A DNA stretch of 64,000 bases from Polyangiales bacterium (GTDB lineage Bacteria; Myxococcota_A; Polyangia; Polyangiales; Polyangiaceae). Positions 27,980-37,902 of this stretch are shown one piece after another (within the stretch, counting starts at the first letter, position 1; every line of letters starts with the position of its first letter). The stretch spans positions 77,471 to 141,470 of the forward strand of contig JBBRNJ010000010.1 of assembly GCA_038230375.1 (NCBI GenBank), read 5' to 3'. The position numbers were made by a program, and so were the translations under genes. The notes beneath the pieces are model-generated. The model made no database searches. It worked only from the letters and a program-made list of their open reading frames with translations, and was not told the origin of the DNA.

Positions 27980-28825
27980 ATGGACACCACGCGAACCACC
28001 GATGGGATCCAGGCGCCGTCGTTCCTCTACGGCACTGCGTGGAAGGAGGACGACACGCAGCGGCTCGTCACGATGGCGCTCGCGGCGGGCTTCCGGGGAA
28101 TCGACACGGCGAACCAGCGAAAGCACTACCACGAGGCCGCAGTAGGGGAGGCGTTGCGGCTCGCGTTCGATGCGGGGATGCGGCGCGACGCGCTCTTCAT
28201 CCAGACCAAGTTCACTCATCGCGATGGGCAAGACCACCGCTTGCCTTACGAGGCGGCCGCGCCGATCGCGACGCAGGTGCGGCAGTCGTTCGAGAGCTCC
28301 CTCGCGCATCTGCATGTCGACGTGATCGACTCCTATGTGCTCCACGGTCCAAGCACGAGCCGCGGGCTGGGTCGTGAGGATCGCGAGGCATGGGCCGCGA
28401 TGGAGGACCTGCTGGCCGCGGGGCGCGTGCGCATGCTCGGTGTGAGCAACGTCACCGCGGAGCAGCTCTCGCTCCTATGCCGCGAAGCGCGCACGCCGCC
28501 CGCCATGGTGCAGAATCGAACCTACGCACGCAAGGGCTGGGACAGAGAGGTGCGTGCGGTCGCAAAGGAGCACGGTGTCGTCTACCAGGGCTTCTCCCTG
28601 CTGACGGCGAACGCGGCAGCGGTCGAGAGCGCCGCGGTCGCTTGCATCGTCGCGCGGACCGGGCGCACGCGCGCGCAGATCATCTATCGCTTCGCGATGC
28701 ATCTTGGCATGATCTGCCTCTGCGGCACGAAGAGCGCCACGCACATGGCGGAGGATCTCGCAGCCACCGGTTTCGACCTCGGGGCAGACGAGATAGCCAG
28801 CCTGGAGACGTGGAGGAGCCGCTGA
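27980..28825 (+). CDS. Aldo/keto reductase
   Basis: LYGTAW, GFRGIDTANQRKHY, LFIQTKF, DSYVLHGP, LGVSN. Confidence 0.92.
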   Translation: MDTTRTTDGIQAPSFLYGTAWKEDDTQRLVTMALAAGFRGIDTANQRKHYHEAAVGEALRLAFDAGMRRDALFIQTKFTHRDGQDHRLPYEAAAPIATQVRQSFESSLAHLHVDVIDSYVLHGPSTSRGLGREDREAWAAMEDLLAAGRVRMLGVSNVTAEQLSLLCREARTPPAMVQNRTYARKGWDREVRAVAKEHGVVYQGFSLLTANAAAVESAAVACIVARTGRTRAQIIYRFAMHLGMICLCGTKSATHMAEDLAATGFDLGADEIASLETWRSR

Positions 28826-28835
28826 GCCTGAGCCC

Positions 28836-29921
28836 TCAGAAGACGTGAAGCGATCCCCGCTTCACGAAGCGCTCTTCGATCTGCGTTGCGGTGAGCTTCT
28901 CCTCCACCACGACCGACCCTGCCTCCCACATGCCGCCCTCCCACGTGTGCTCGCGCGTCGCTCCGGTCTTGAGCTCGTTGCCAGTGAGCCCCAGCGACGT
29001 GAGCGCGGTGAGCGCCTCGTTCGCGCCAAGGGCTGCGGCGCCCGTCTCGGTGATCGCGTTGCTCCGGAGGTCCAGCTTCTCGAGCGCGGGCAGCGAGCGC
29101 GAGGCCGCGACCGCGATCGCCGCGTCGTCCGCGAGCCGGTTGTCCGAGAGGTCCACGTACGAGAGCGCGCGATGCACACAGCCCACGGCGAGCTTCACTG
29201 CGCTTTGACTCGAGACGCCGCACTGGGGCAGCTCGAGCTCGCGCAGCGCGGGGGCTGCCCTTCTCCCGAGGCGCGCAAGCGCGTCCCCCAGCGAGTCGCG
29301 CACGATCCGAAGCCGCTCGAGCTTGGCGAACACCTGCGAGTCGAAGAGCGCGCTCGCGCCGTCCGCGCCCACGCCACATCCATCCAGGTGTAGATCGCGA
29401 AGCTCCGTCATCGCCGCGGAGAGCGCACGTGCCCCGACGGTGCCGATGGTACTGCCTGTAATATACATGCTTCTCACCGCCGTCAGATGGGGCGCGAGCG
29501 CCGCAAAGCCGTCGCCGTGGAAGCGTGGATTGTCCATGATGCAGAGCTCTTCCACGGACGCGAGCCACGGCGCGGCGCCAAGGGCACGGGCGCCAAGATC
29601 GTCGAGCACGTTCTTCTCCAGGACGAGCTTCTTCACGCCCGAGAGCGCGGGCGCAGAGACGAGGGTCCTGAGCGCCTCCACGGGCAGCGCCAGGTCTTGC
29701 CAGTTCGGCGACTGACCGGCGAGCTTGAGCGACGTCACGCGCGCGAGCTCGGGCAATGCGGCGAGCTCGGCGATCGCGGGGACGATCCCGGCAAGAGAAT
29801 GGAGCGTCAGGGAGACCGCAGGATGGGTGAGGAACGCGTCTCTGGAAGCGACGACGTCGGCCGGGTTGGACGAGATGATCGACAGGATCGTTCCGTCCTC
29901 GAACGTGGTGATGCCCGCCAT
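28836..29921 (-). CDS. Leucine-rich repeat protein (RI-like/GALA-type)
   Basis: Repeats LxxLxLxxNxLxDxGAxALA (LEKLDLRSNAITETGAAALG, LSYVDLSDNRLADDAAIAVA). Confidence 0.85.
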   Translation of the reverse strand: MAGITTFEDGTILSIISSNPADVVASRDAFLTHPAVSLTLHSLAGIVPAIAELAALPELARVTSLKLAGQSPNWQDLALPVEALRTLVSAPALSGVKKLVLEKNVLDDLGARALGAAPWLASVEELCIMDNPRFHGDGFAALAPHLTAVRSMYITGSTIGTVGARALSAAMTELRDLHLDGCGVGADGASALFDSQVFAKLERLRIVRDSLGDALARLGRRAAPALRELELPQCGVSSQSAVKLAVGCVHRALSYVDLSDNRLADDAAIAVAASRSLPALEKLDLRSNAITETGAAALGANEALTALTSLGLTGNELKTGATREHTWEGGMWEAGSVVVEEKLTATQIEERFVKRGSLHVF

Positions 29922-30000
29922 CCTCCGACTATACCTGTGTGGAGGCGCGCCCCTCTCATCTTCGCCGCTGGAGGCCGTCCCGCGATATGATCCGGGTTCG

Positions 30001-33000
30001 ATGCTCACGCCCGGCACAGTCGTCGCTGGTGATTTTCGGATCGAGCGTGCGCTCTCCGAAGGCGGCATGGGCGCCGTGTACGTGGCCGAGCAGATCTCCA
30101 CGGGCTCCATGCGCGCGCTGAAGGTGATCAGGACGGAGCTCTTGCATCAGCAGAAGCTTCGCCAGCGCTTCGAGCAAGAGGCCAAGGTCACGTCGAAGAT
30201 CGCGAGCGACCACGTTGTCAGCGTCGTCGCCGCTGGCATCGATCCCACGCTGCAATTGCCGTGGATAGCGATGGAGCTCCTCCAGGGCCAGACACTCGCG
30301 GACGTGGTGCGTGACCGCGGCCCCCTCCCACCGTCCGGCGCTCTCGGGATCCTCTCCCAGCTCGCGCACGCCATGGATGCAGCGCATCGCGTGGGCGTGG
30401 TGCATCGCGACCTGAAGCCCGAGAACATCTTCCTGGCCGAATCGCGGAGGTCCGGCACGCCGTACTTCGTGAAGGTGCTGGATTTTGGCATCGCGCGCGT
30501 CATCCGCGAGGCGCAGGTCTCTCACACGGACTCGCTCGGCACGCCGCTGTGGATGGCGCCGGAGCAGGCTGGCAACGGTGAGGCCGTGGGGCCCAAGACG
30601 GACATCTGGGCGCTCGGGCTCATCGTCTTCTTCCTGCTCACGGGGAAGCCGTACTGGCTCTCCGCGCGTGAGGACGGCACCGCGCTCTCCATCGTGAAGG
30701 AGGTGTGCCTGAACCCGCTCGAGAAGGCGTCCGTCCGCGCCACGGCCCTTGGCACGGGCGTGGTCCTCACGTCCGGGTTCGACGAATGGTTCGCCGGGTG
30801 TGTGGCGCGTGAGCCGGCCGACCGGTTCGCCACCGCGGGCGCCGCGCTCGTGGGTCTTCGCAAGGCGCTCGGTCTCCCCGATGATGAGCTCGGCTCCGGA
30901 AAGACCGACCTGCTGCTCTCGCCCTCGCCCGCGCAGACGCCGCGCGCGTCCGACGGCAAGTCCGTGTCGACAACCGACGGCGCGCTTCCCGATGCGAAGA
31001 CGGAGCTCGCGCTCGCGTCGCCGTCTGCCACACCCGCAGTGCCCATCTCCGTAGCTGCATCCGTGCAAGAGAGCGCGGAGGCGAAGGCCGCCACGGGCAT
31101 CACCAACGCGAGCGACACGCCGTCGGGCGTGGTGACGAAGCGCTCACCAGGCGCGACCGGACCGCCGGGGACCGCTGCGAGGCCAGGGTATGCGCGGTTC
31201 ACGGTCCCGGGACTGGTGGTCGTCGTGATCGCCGCAGCGTTCTTCGGCATACGGGCGAACCGTCGCGCGAACGACGAGCGCGCCTGCCAGGATACCCGCG
31301 CCACGGAGCCGTGCATGCGCAGCTGCACGCGGGGAAATCAGCAGTCGTGCGCGACCGTCGGCGCGCGTCTCGCGTTCCCGCTCAGCGGCGGAAGACAGGA
31401 CACCGCGGAGGCGCTCCGCCTGCTCGGGCGCTCATGCGAGAGCGGACGCGGATGCGGCACGCTGGGCGTGATGAGCGAGCTCGGCATTCCGGGCGCGCCC
31501 ACGGACACGGAGAAGACGTTCGATCGCGCGTGCGACGGCGAGCCGTTCGAGTGCGCGCTGGGTGTTGCGCACGCGCTCCGCGGCCCGACCGATCGCGAGC
31601 TGCCAGAGCTGTGGAAGGGGCGAGCGGCTGGCATCGACCCCGCCGCTGCGTGCGCGCACGGGCCCGACGCGTGTGGGCTCGCGTGGCTTCCAAAGCTCGG
31701 ACCGGCGACGCCCGCGATTCGCGCATCGTACGAGACCGGCTGCGCGGCTGGCTCCTCGCTCGCGTGCAACAACCTGGCAACGCTGTATGCAGAGGGCCAG
31801 GCGGGCGTGGAGCAGAACCCCGAGATGGCGCGCGACCGCTTCCAGAAGGCGTGCGACGCCGGCGACGCTGTCGCGTGCAACAACGCTGGCTTCGTCGCGG
31901 GTGGATTCGTGGCGTCGCCGCGCGTGGGTCCACGCGGTGAGATCACCTACAAGCTCCGTTGCGCGGGCCCGTTCAAGGTGGGCTGCGCGGGGTGGGGCGC
32001 GTCCGTGCATACGGTGCCGCCGGGCACGCCCGCGGATCTCGGTTCCGCGGCCGCCGCATTCGAGCGCGCATGCAAGCTCGGCGCGCCGATCGCGTGCGTG
32101 AACCTGGGCGCGCTCGTGTACGTCGGCAAGGGGGTCGCGGCCGACCGAGCCCGTGCCGAGCAGCTCTTCGCCACCACGTGCTTCAAGGGCGATCCGGGGG
32201 CCTGTGGTGAGCAGGCCAGCGCGCTCCTCAACGTTCGCATGGACCATCCGCGCGATGGGCGCGGCGGCTTCGGCTTCATGCAGCGTGCGTGCAAGGGCGG
32301 CGAGGAAGACGCCTGCGCCATTGTCTATACGATGATGATCGGCGGCGTCACGGACCATGGTCACGAGGCCGAGGGGCTTCTTGGCATGAAGCGGCTGGCC
32401 GAAAAGCACATCTACTCGCACGAACTGGCGCAGCTCTACGAGACCGGCGCCGATGGACTTCCGCGCGATCCCGAGCAAGCACGCAAGGTCGCCGTCGCGC
32501 TCTGCGAGTCGGAGTGGCACTGCACGGACGCGTCCTACTACTTCGCCCGCGGCATCGGCGGACCAAAGGACGAAGGCCACGCGCTCGCATCGCTCGCCAC
32601 CGGATGCGACCACGACGACCTCCAGTCATGTACGGAGCTGGGCGCGGCGTACCGCGATGGTCGCTTCGTCGGCAAGGATCCCACGCGTGCCGTGTCGATG
32701 TTCCAGAAGGCGTGCAGCGCGGGCGAGTGGGACGGATGCGAGAGCCTGTCGGCAGCGTACGCGACGGGCGACGGCAGCTCGAAGGATCTGCCCCGCGCGT
32801 TGTCACTTGCGCGTGACGCATGCGATCACGGTCACCCGGGGAGCTGCGCGCGCGTGGGAACCATGCTTGCCGACGGGCAGGGCGCCGCGCGTGACGTGGA
32901 CACGGCGGTTCCATTCCTCGCGTTCGCATGCAGACGTGGCGTCATGCCCGCGTGTGCAAAGCTGACGGATCTCAAGAAGCCCGTTCCGGATCTGGACCTC

Positions 33001-33003
33001 TGA
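30001..33003 (+). CDS. Membrane Ser/Thr kinase with extracytoplasmic Cys-rich Sel1-like repeats
   Basis: EGGMGAVY, ALKVI, HRDLKPEN, DFG, GTPLWMAPE; one TM helix; multiple ACxxLGxxY...A..F.KAC repeats. Confidence 0.92.
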   Translation: MLTPGTVVAGDFRIERALSEGGMGAVYVAEQISTGSMRALKVIRTELLHQQKLRQRFEQEAKVTSKIASDHVVSVVAAGIDPTLQLPWIAMELLQGQTLADVVRDRGPLPPSGALGILSQLAHAMDAAHRVGVVHRDLKPENIFLAESRRSGTPYFVKVLDFGIARVIREAQVSHTDSLGTPLWMAPEQAGNGEAVGPKTDIWALGLIVFFLLTGKPYWLSAREDGTALSIVKEVCLNPLEKASVRATALGTGVVLTSGFDEWFAGCVAREPADRFATAGAALVGLRKALGLPDDELGSGKTDLLLSPSPAQTPRASDGKSVSTTDGALPDAKTELALASPSATPAVPISVAASVQESAEAKAATGITNASDTPSGVVTKRSPGATGPPGTAARPGYARFTVPGLVVVVIAAAFFGIRANRRANDERACQDTRATEPCMRSCTRGNQQSCATVGARLAFPLSGGRQDTAEALRLLGRSCESGRGCGTLGVMSELGIPGAPTDTEKTFDRACDGEPFECALGVAHALRGPTDRELPELWKGRAAGIDPAAACAHGPDACGLAWLPKLGPATPAIRASYETGCAAGSSLACNNLATLYAEGQAGVEQNPEMARDRFQKACDAGDAVACNNAGFVAGGFVASPRVGPRGEITYKLRCAGPFKVGCAGWGASVHTVPPGTPADLGSAAAAFERACKLGAPIACVNLGALVYVGKGVAADRARAEQLFATTCFKGDPGACGEQASALLNVRMDHPRDGRGGFGFMQRACKGGEEDACAIVYTMMIGGVTDHGHEAEGLLGMKRLAEKHIYSHELAQLYETGADGLPRDPEQARKVAVALCESEWHCTDASYYFARGIGGPKDEGHALASLATGCDHDDLQSCTELGAAYRDGRFVGKDPTRAVSMFQKACSAGEWDGCESLSAAYATGDGSSKDLPRALSLARDACDHGHPGSCARVGTMLADGQGAARDVDTAVPFLAFACRRGVMPACAKLTDLKKPVPDLDL

Positions 33004-33004
33004 C

Positions 33005-34006
33005 GTGCACCGTGCGCTGCTTTCTCCCGCTCGCTGTGCGCTCACCGCTTGTCTGGCCCTCGCCGCCGGATGCCGATCGCGGCTCGAGGACCCGGGTGCA
33101 GCGCCGAGCGCCACGTCGAGCACGACGGCGCCGATGCCAGTGGGCGTGTCCGCACGCAGCGACGCAGGAGTACGGCTCTCCAGGCGCGGTGGCACCGACG
33201 TCACGTTCTACGTCGCCTCTGACCTTCACTTTGGCCTGGGGTATCCGGACGATCTCACGAAGCTTCCGCCGAATCCCACCACGTCGCCGGTCGGGCTCGA
33301 GAAGGACAACGTCGCGCTGCTTCGACGCGTCAACACGATGGAGGGGCGCGCCTACCCGACGGAGCTCGGCGGCAAGGTCGCGAGCCCGCGCGGGCTGCTC
33401 ATCACCGGCGACCTCACGGAGTGGGGACGCAAGGAAGAGTGGGAGCGCTTCCTCGCGTTCTATGGGCCCGGCGCACGCGATGGGGGAGCTCGACCGCCCG
33501 TGTTCGAGATCGTTGGCAACCACGACAAGGTCAACGGGCCGTGGGTCGAGGCGCAGGTCGCTGCGCGTCACGGCGGCCGCTTCTACGCCTGGGACTGGGA
33601 CGACGTGCATTTCGTCGCGCTCGGCGAGGCCCCGGACGATGAAGGCATCGCGTTCCTCGAGCGTGATCTCTCCCGCGTGGATCTCGACGTTCCGCTCGTG
33701 GTCTACCTTCATCGCTGCCTCCTTGGCCCGTGGTCGGACGACAACTGGTTCGGCGACGGCAACTTCAGGGACCGTCTGGCGCACGCGCTCGAGGGCCACG
33801 CCGTGAGGGCCATATTCCATGGACATCATCATGCGTCCGGCCATTACCTGTGGCATGGCTATGACGTGTTCAAGCCCGGCGCCGTCAAGGACAACGCGCA
33901 CACGTTCGTGGTCGCGCACCTGACGGAGGCGGAGTCGACGTTCGCGTATTTCGACTACAACACCGACGCGTGGGGACGCGTGTACCGATTGGCGCGAAGA
34001 CCGTGA
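33005..34006 (+). CDS. Calcineurin-like metallophosphoesterase, lipoprotein
   Basis: SDLH, GDLTE, GNHD, H and GHHH motifs; LAAGC lipobox. Confidence 0.9.
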   Translation: MHRALLSPARCALTACLALAAGCRSRLEDPGAAPSATSSTTAPMPVGVSARSDAGVRLSRRGGTDVTFYVASDLHFGLGYPDDLTKLPPNPTTSPVGLEKDNVALLRRVNTMEGRAYPTELGGKVASPRGLLITGDLTEWGRKEEWERFLAFYGPGARDGGARPPVFEIVGNHDKVNGPWVEAQVAARHGGRFYAWDWDDVHFVALGEAPDDEGIAFLERDLSRVDLDVPLVVYLHRCLLGPWSDDNWFGDGNFRDRLAHALEGHAVRAIFHGHHHASGHYLWHGYDVFKPGAVKDNAHTFVVAHLTEAESTFAYFDYNTDAWGRVYRLARRP

Positions 34007-37000
34007 CTTCGTCCGAAGAGCTGCAGGTGGAGGCTCGAACGCGCGTTGGCACCGTCGTCGACGGACGCTATGAGCTGCTCGCTCTCGCGGCAGCGGGTGG
34101 CATGGGATACGTGTATCGTGCACGCGATGTGACCGGGGGTGGCATGGTCGCCCTCAAGGTCCTTGGCGCGGAGTTCGCCGATGCGCCGCGCTTTGCTCGC
34201 GAAGCGGAGATGCTCTCGCGCGTGGAGCACCCGGGCATCGTGCGGTACATCGCACACGGCGCGTTGCCGGGCGGAGAGAAGTACCTGGTGATGGAGTGGC
34301 TGTCTGGGTGCGATCTCTCGCAGCGGTTGACCAGCGGCTCTCTCTCCGCGGCGGACACGCTGACCATCGCGCTTGGCGCGGCACATGCGCTCTCCGCGGC
34401 GCATGCCCGCGGCGTCGTGCATCGCGACCTCAAGCCGAGCAATCTCTTCCTGGTCGATGATGAGCTCACTCAGGTGAAGCTGCTCGACTTCGGTATCGCG
34501 CGCGTTCTCACGCGTGGTGACGCAACCATCACCGCGGAGCTGGTCGGGACGCCGGCGTACATGTCGCCGGAGCAGGTACGTGGTGGAGCGATCGACCGCC
34601 GCGTGGACGTGTACGGCCTGGGGGCGCTCATGTTCCGTTGCCTCTCGGGCCAACCGCCCTTTGGGGGCTCGCACGAGCTCGCGGTGCTCGCGAAGATCCT
34701 GCTCGAGCCCGCGCCCAGCGTCCGCGAGCTCGCGCCAGACGTGTCTCCCGCGATGGACGTGGTCATTGCACGAATGCTCGCGAAGGACCCCGCTGACCGC
34801 CCGGCCGATGGCGCGCAGGTGGTGAAGGAGCTCGAGGCGCTCAGGGAGCAGACCCAGCGGTTCAGTAATCGAATTGCCACCGCCATCACGGCGCGGGAGC
34901 AGCGGGTCGCGTCCGTCGTACTGTGCGCGAGCGCCGCGGCGGTTGCAGCCACCATGCCCGAGGCCACAGCGGACCGCGACGAGACGCTTCTGCGCCAGGC
35001 CATCGCCGAGCGCGGCGGAGCCCTGGATGCGCTGCCGAGAGGCGCGTGGCTGGTCACGATCCCCAGCGCGACCTCACCCGCAGAGCAGACCATGCACGCC
35101 GCGCGCTGCGCGCTCGTGATGCACAAGCTGAGGCCGTCGGTGCCGCTCGTGGTCGCCACGGGCAAGATTGTACTCTCCGGTGAGCGTCATGTCGGCGAGG
35201 TCATCGACCGGGCGGCGGAGGCTCTGTTTGCGCAGCGCGATGTGCGGGGCGGCTCCGTCCGCGTAGACGCGGCGACCGCGGAGCTGCTCGAGGGGCGCTT
35301 CGCCGTCGAAGGTGAGGGCGAATGGCGCTTGCTCGTGGGTGAGGCGGAGTCCGTCACGCCCGTGCGAACGTTGCTCGGCAAGCCAGCGGGTTGTGTGGGC
35401 CGTGACCATCAGCTCGCCATGCTGGGCGCAACGCTTTCGGCATGCCGCTCGGAGCCGCGAGCGTGTGCGGCGCTGCTCACGGCTCCGGCGGGTGTCGGAA
35501 AGACCCGGCTGGTCCACGAGGTGCTTCGCACGCTCGTTCCGGTCTCGCCGGACGTGGTGGTGCTGTTCGCAAACGGTGATGCCACGCGTGCCGCGTCGCC
35601 GTTTGCCGTGGCCTCGCAGCTCGTGTTGCGTGCTGCTGGCGCGCGCGACGCGGAGGCAGAGGGGACGGTGCGCGGAAAGCTGAGCACGCTGATCGCCCGT
35701 GATTTCTCGGGCGCGGAGGCCGTGCGCGTCACGGACCTGCTCTGCGAGATCTGCGGTGTGCCCACACCGCAAGAGGACGCCAGCCCAGCGCTGCGCGCAG
35801 CCCGCTCGGATCTTGCGGTCATGGCGGATGCCCTGAGCGATGCGTTCGTCGAGTGGCTGCGCGCCCAGACCGCGCGCGCGACCGTGCTCGTGGTGATCGA
35901 GGACTTGCACTGGACGGACGCCGCATCGATCCGCCTGCTGGAGCTCGCGTTCGGCGCGCTGGAGGCACGTCCGCTGTTCGTGCTCGCCACGTCGCGTCCG
36001 GAGGGCGGCGCTGTCCTGTCCGAGCGCTTCCGGCAACGGGGCCTCGTGGAGATCGTTCTCGGTCCGCTCACGCCGCAGGCCTCGGAGCGGCTCGTGCGGT
36101 CGGCGCTCGGCGCCACGATCTCGGACGACCTCGTGCACGCGCTCGTGCGTCGTGCGGCAGGGCACCCGTTCCACCTGGAGGAGCTGGTACGCGCGGCCTC
36201 CAGCGGGCGCGGTGCCGACGCGCTTCCCGACTCCGTGCTCGGCATGGTGCAGGCACGCCTGGACGAGCTCGATCCGCAGCAACGTCGGCTCCTCCGCGCG
36301 GCCAGCGTATTTGGCGAGCGATTCTGGGCGGGCGCCGTGGCCGCACTGCTTGGCGATGACGTCTCCACGAGCGACGTGCGCGGTTGGCTCCACGACCTCA
36401 CGCAGCAAGAAGTCGTGACAGAGGAGCGCACCTCCAAGTGGCACGGGGAGTCGGAGTATCGATTCCGACATGCGCTGCTGCGTGACGCCGCGTACGCCAC
36501 GCTGGCCAAGGAGGACCGCGTGCTTGGGCACCGCCGCGCCGGTACCTGGCTGCAGCAGATGGGCGAGAACGACTCCGCAGTCCTGGCCGAGCATTACTTT
36601 CGTGGTGAGGCGTTTCCCGAGGCCCTCACACAGTCCATCCGTGCAGCAGCCACGGCGCTGCAGCGAAACGACTTCAACGAGACGCAGAGGCACGTCACGC
36701 GCGCACGCACGCTGGGCGCGAATACGGCCGAAGACGCTGCGCTCCATGCGATCGAGGCGGAGGCGCTCTACTGGCGTGGTGAGCTTCCATCCGCCTGCGC
36801 CCACGCGTTCGAGGCAGCCCGCGCCGCGGGGCCCGGCACGCCAGCTTGGCTGGACGCGGCCTCCATCGCGATCAGTGCGCTCGGGCAGAGCGGCAAGAAC
36901 GACGACGTCGCCGCGTGGCTGGACCAGGTCGCCCGTGTGCCGGTGCTGCCCGAGAGCAAGAATGCGCACGCCGTCGCCCTGGGCCGGGGCATCACGCAGC

Positions 37001-37902
37001 TGGTCTGGGCCCACCACGAGGGCGGCTATCGAGCAGCGCACGCATCGCTCGACGCGCTTGCCACCGCGGGAGATCTGGAACCGTTCGCGGCGGGGTGGGT
37101 GCATCGCACGCGTGGCGAGTCCGCGTGGGTCGGTGCGGGAGACGTGGGCGAAGCAAGACGCGAGCTGGACGCGAGCTGCGACGCATTCGAGCGCGCTCAT
37201 GCCGTGCGCGCGCTCTGTCTCACCCGGATCAACGCCGCGAGTCTGGCGGGATGGTCGGGTGATCCCGCGCGCGGAATGGAGCTACTCCAGAGATCGCGTG
37301 CAGAGGCCGAACGCCTGGGCGCGGGGTTCCTCGTTCGCTATGCGTGCGCCGTCGAAGGCCTCGTGCTGGCGTTTTCGCGAGACCCGGGCGCCGAGCAGAT
37401 CATGCGCGCGGCGGGGGCTGGTGTGGCGCAGAGCCCGCGGCTGCTCACCGTGTGCCATCTGGTGACGGGCTCGCTGGCCTTGTTGCGGGGCGATCTGACG
37501 ACCGCAAGCGAGACCGCGGCGGCCGCGACCGCGCTCGACGTGGTGGCGGATCTTCGCTGCGCCGCGGTTGCCCTCGAAGCGCGCGTTGCGCTCGCGAAGG
37601 GTGACATCGCCAACGCCGCGGCACTGGCGGTGGACGCGGCGCGTATCGAAGGTGGTCGCCCCGACGTGGAGCTGATGACCGGCCTCGCCGGCCTCGCGCT
37701 CGCAGAGGTCCGCTTGCACGAGGGCGATCGAGACGCCGCCAGGAACGCGCTGTCGCCGGTGATGGCCAAGCTGACGCGCGTGGCGAGCACGCTCGACTCC
37801 CAGGCCGCAAGGCTCAGCTTCTGGCAACGACCCCTCCCGAACGCCGAGATTCATGCCCTGGCAAACGACCTGGGTCTTGGCGTACAAGTGGCGGCCCCAT
37901 GA
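34003..37902 (+). CDS. Ser/Thr kinase - degenerate cyclase-like - STAND/AAA ATPase - TPR-like multidomain protein
   Basis: Kinase motifs (HRDLKPSN, DFG, GTPAYMSPE); CVGRD; Walker A APAGVGKT; Walker B VIEDLHW; GHPFHLEEL; FRHALLRDAAY; helical C-terminus. Confidence 0.9.
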   Translation: MTSSEELQVEARTRVGTVVDGRYELLALAAAGGMGYVYRARDVTGGGMVALKVLGAEFADAPRFAREAEMLSRVEHPGIVRYIAHGALPGGEKYLVMEWLSGCDLSQRLTSGSLSAADTLTIALGAAHALSAAHARGVVHRDLKPSNLFLVDDELTQVKLLDFGIARVLTRGDATITAELVGTPAYMSPEQVRGGAIDRRVDVYGLGALMFRCLSGQPPFGGSHELAVLAKILLEPAPSVRELAPDVSPAMDVVIARMLAKDPADRPADGAQVVKELEALREQTQRFSNRIATAITAREQRVASVVLCASAAAVAATMPEATADRDETLLRQAIAERGGALDALPRGAWLVTIPSATSPAEQTMHAARCALVMHKLRPSVPLVVATGKIVLSGERHVGEVIDRAAEALFAQRDVRGGSVRVDAATAELLEGRFAVEGEGEWRLLVGEAESVTPVRTLLGKPAGCVGRDHQLAMLGATLSACRSEPRACAALLTAPAGVGKTRLVHEVLRTLVPVSPDVVVLFANGDATRAASPFAVASQLVLRAAGARDAEAEGTVRGKLSTLIARDFSGAEAVRVTDLLCEICGVPTPQEDASPALRAARSDLAVMADALSDAFVEWLRAQTARATVLVVIEDLHWTDAASIRLLELAFGALEARPLFVLATSRPEGGAVLSERFRQRGLVEIVLGPLTPQASERLVRSALGATISDDLVHALVRRAAGHPFHLEELVRAASSGRGADALPDSVLGMVQARLDELDPQQRRLLRAASVFGERFWAGAVAALLGDDVSTSDVRGWLHDLTQQEVVTEERTSKWHGESEYRFRHALLRDAAYATLAKEDRVLGHRRAGTWLQQMGENDSAVLAEHYFRGEAFPEALTQSIRAAATALQRNDFNETQRHVTRARTLGANTAEDAALHAIEAEALYWRGELPSACAHAFEAARAAGPGTPAWLDAASIAISALGQSGKNDDVAAWLDQVARVPVLPESKNAHAVALGRGITQLVWAHHEGGYRAAHASLDALATAGDLEPFAAGWVHRTRGESAWVGAGDVGEARRELDASCDAFERAHAVRALCLTRINAASLAGWSGDPARGMELLQRSRAEAERLGAGFLVRYACAVEGLVLAFSRDPGAEQIMRAAGAGVAQSPRLLTVCHLVTGSLALLRGDLTTASETAAAATALDVVADLRCAAVALEARVALAKGDIANAAALAVDAARIEGGRPDVELMTGLAGLALAEVRLHEGDRDAARNALSPVMAKLTRVASTLDSQAARLSFWQRPLPNAEIHALANDLGLGVQVAAP

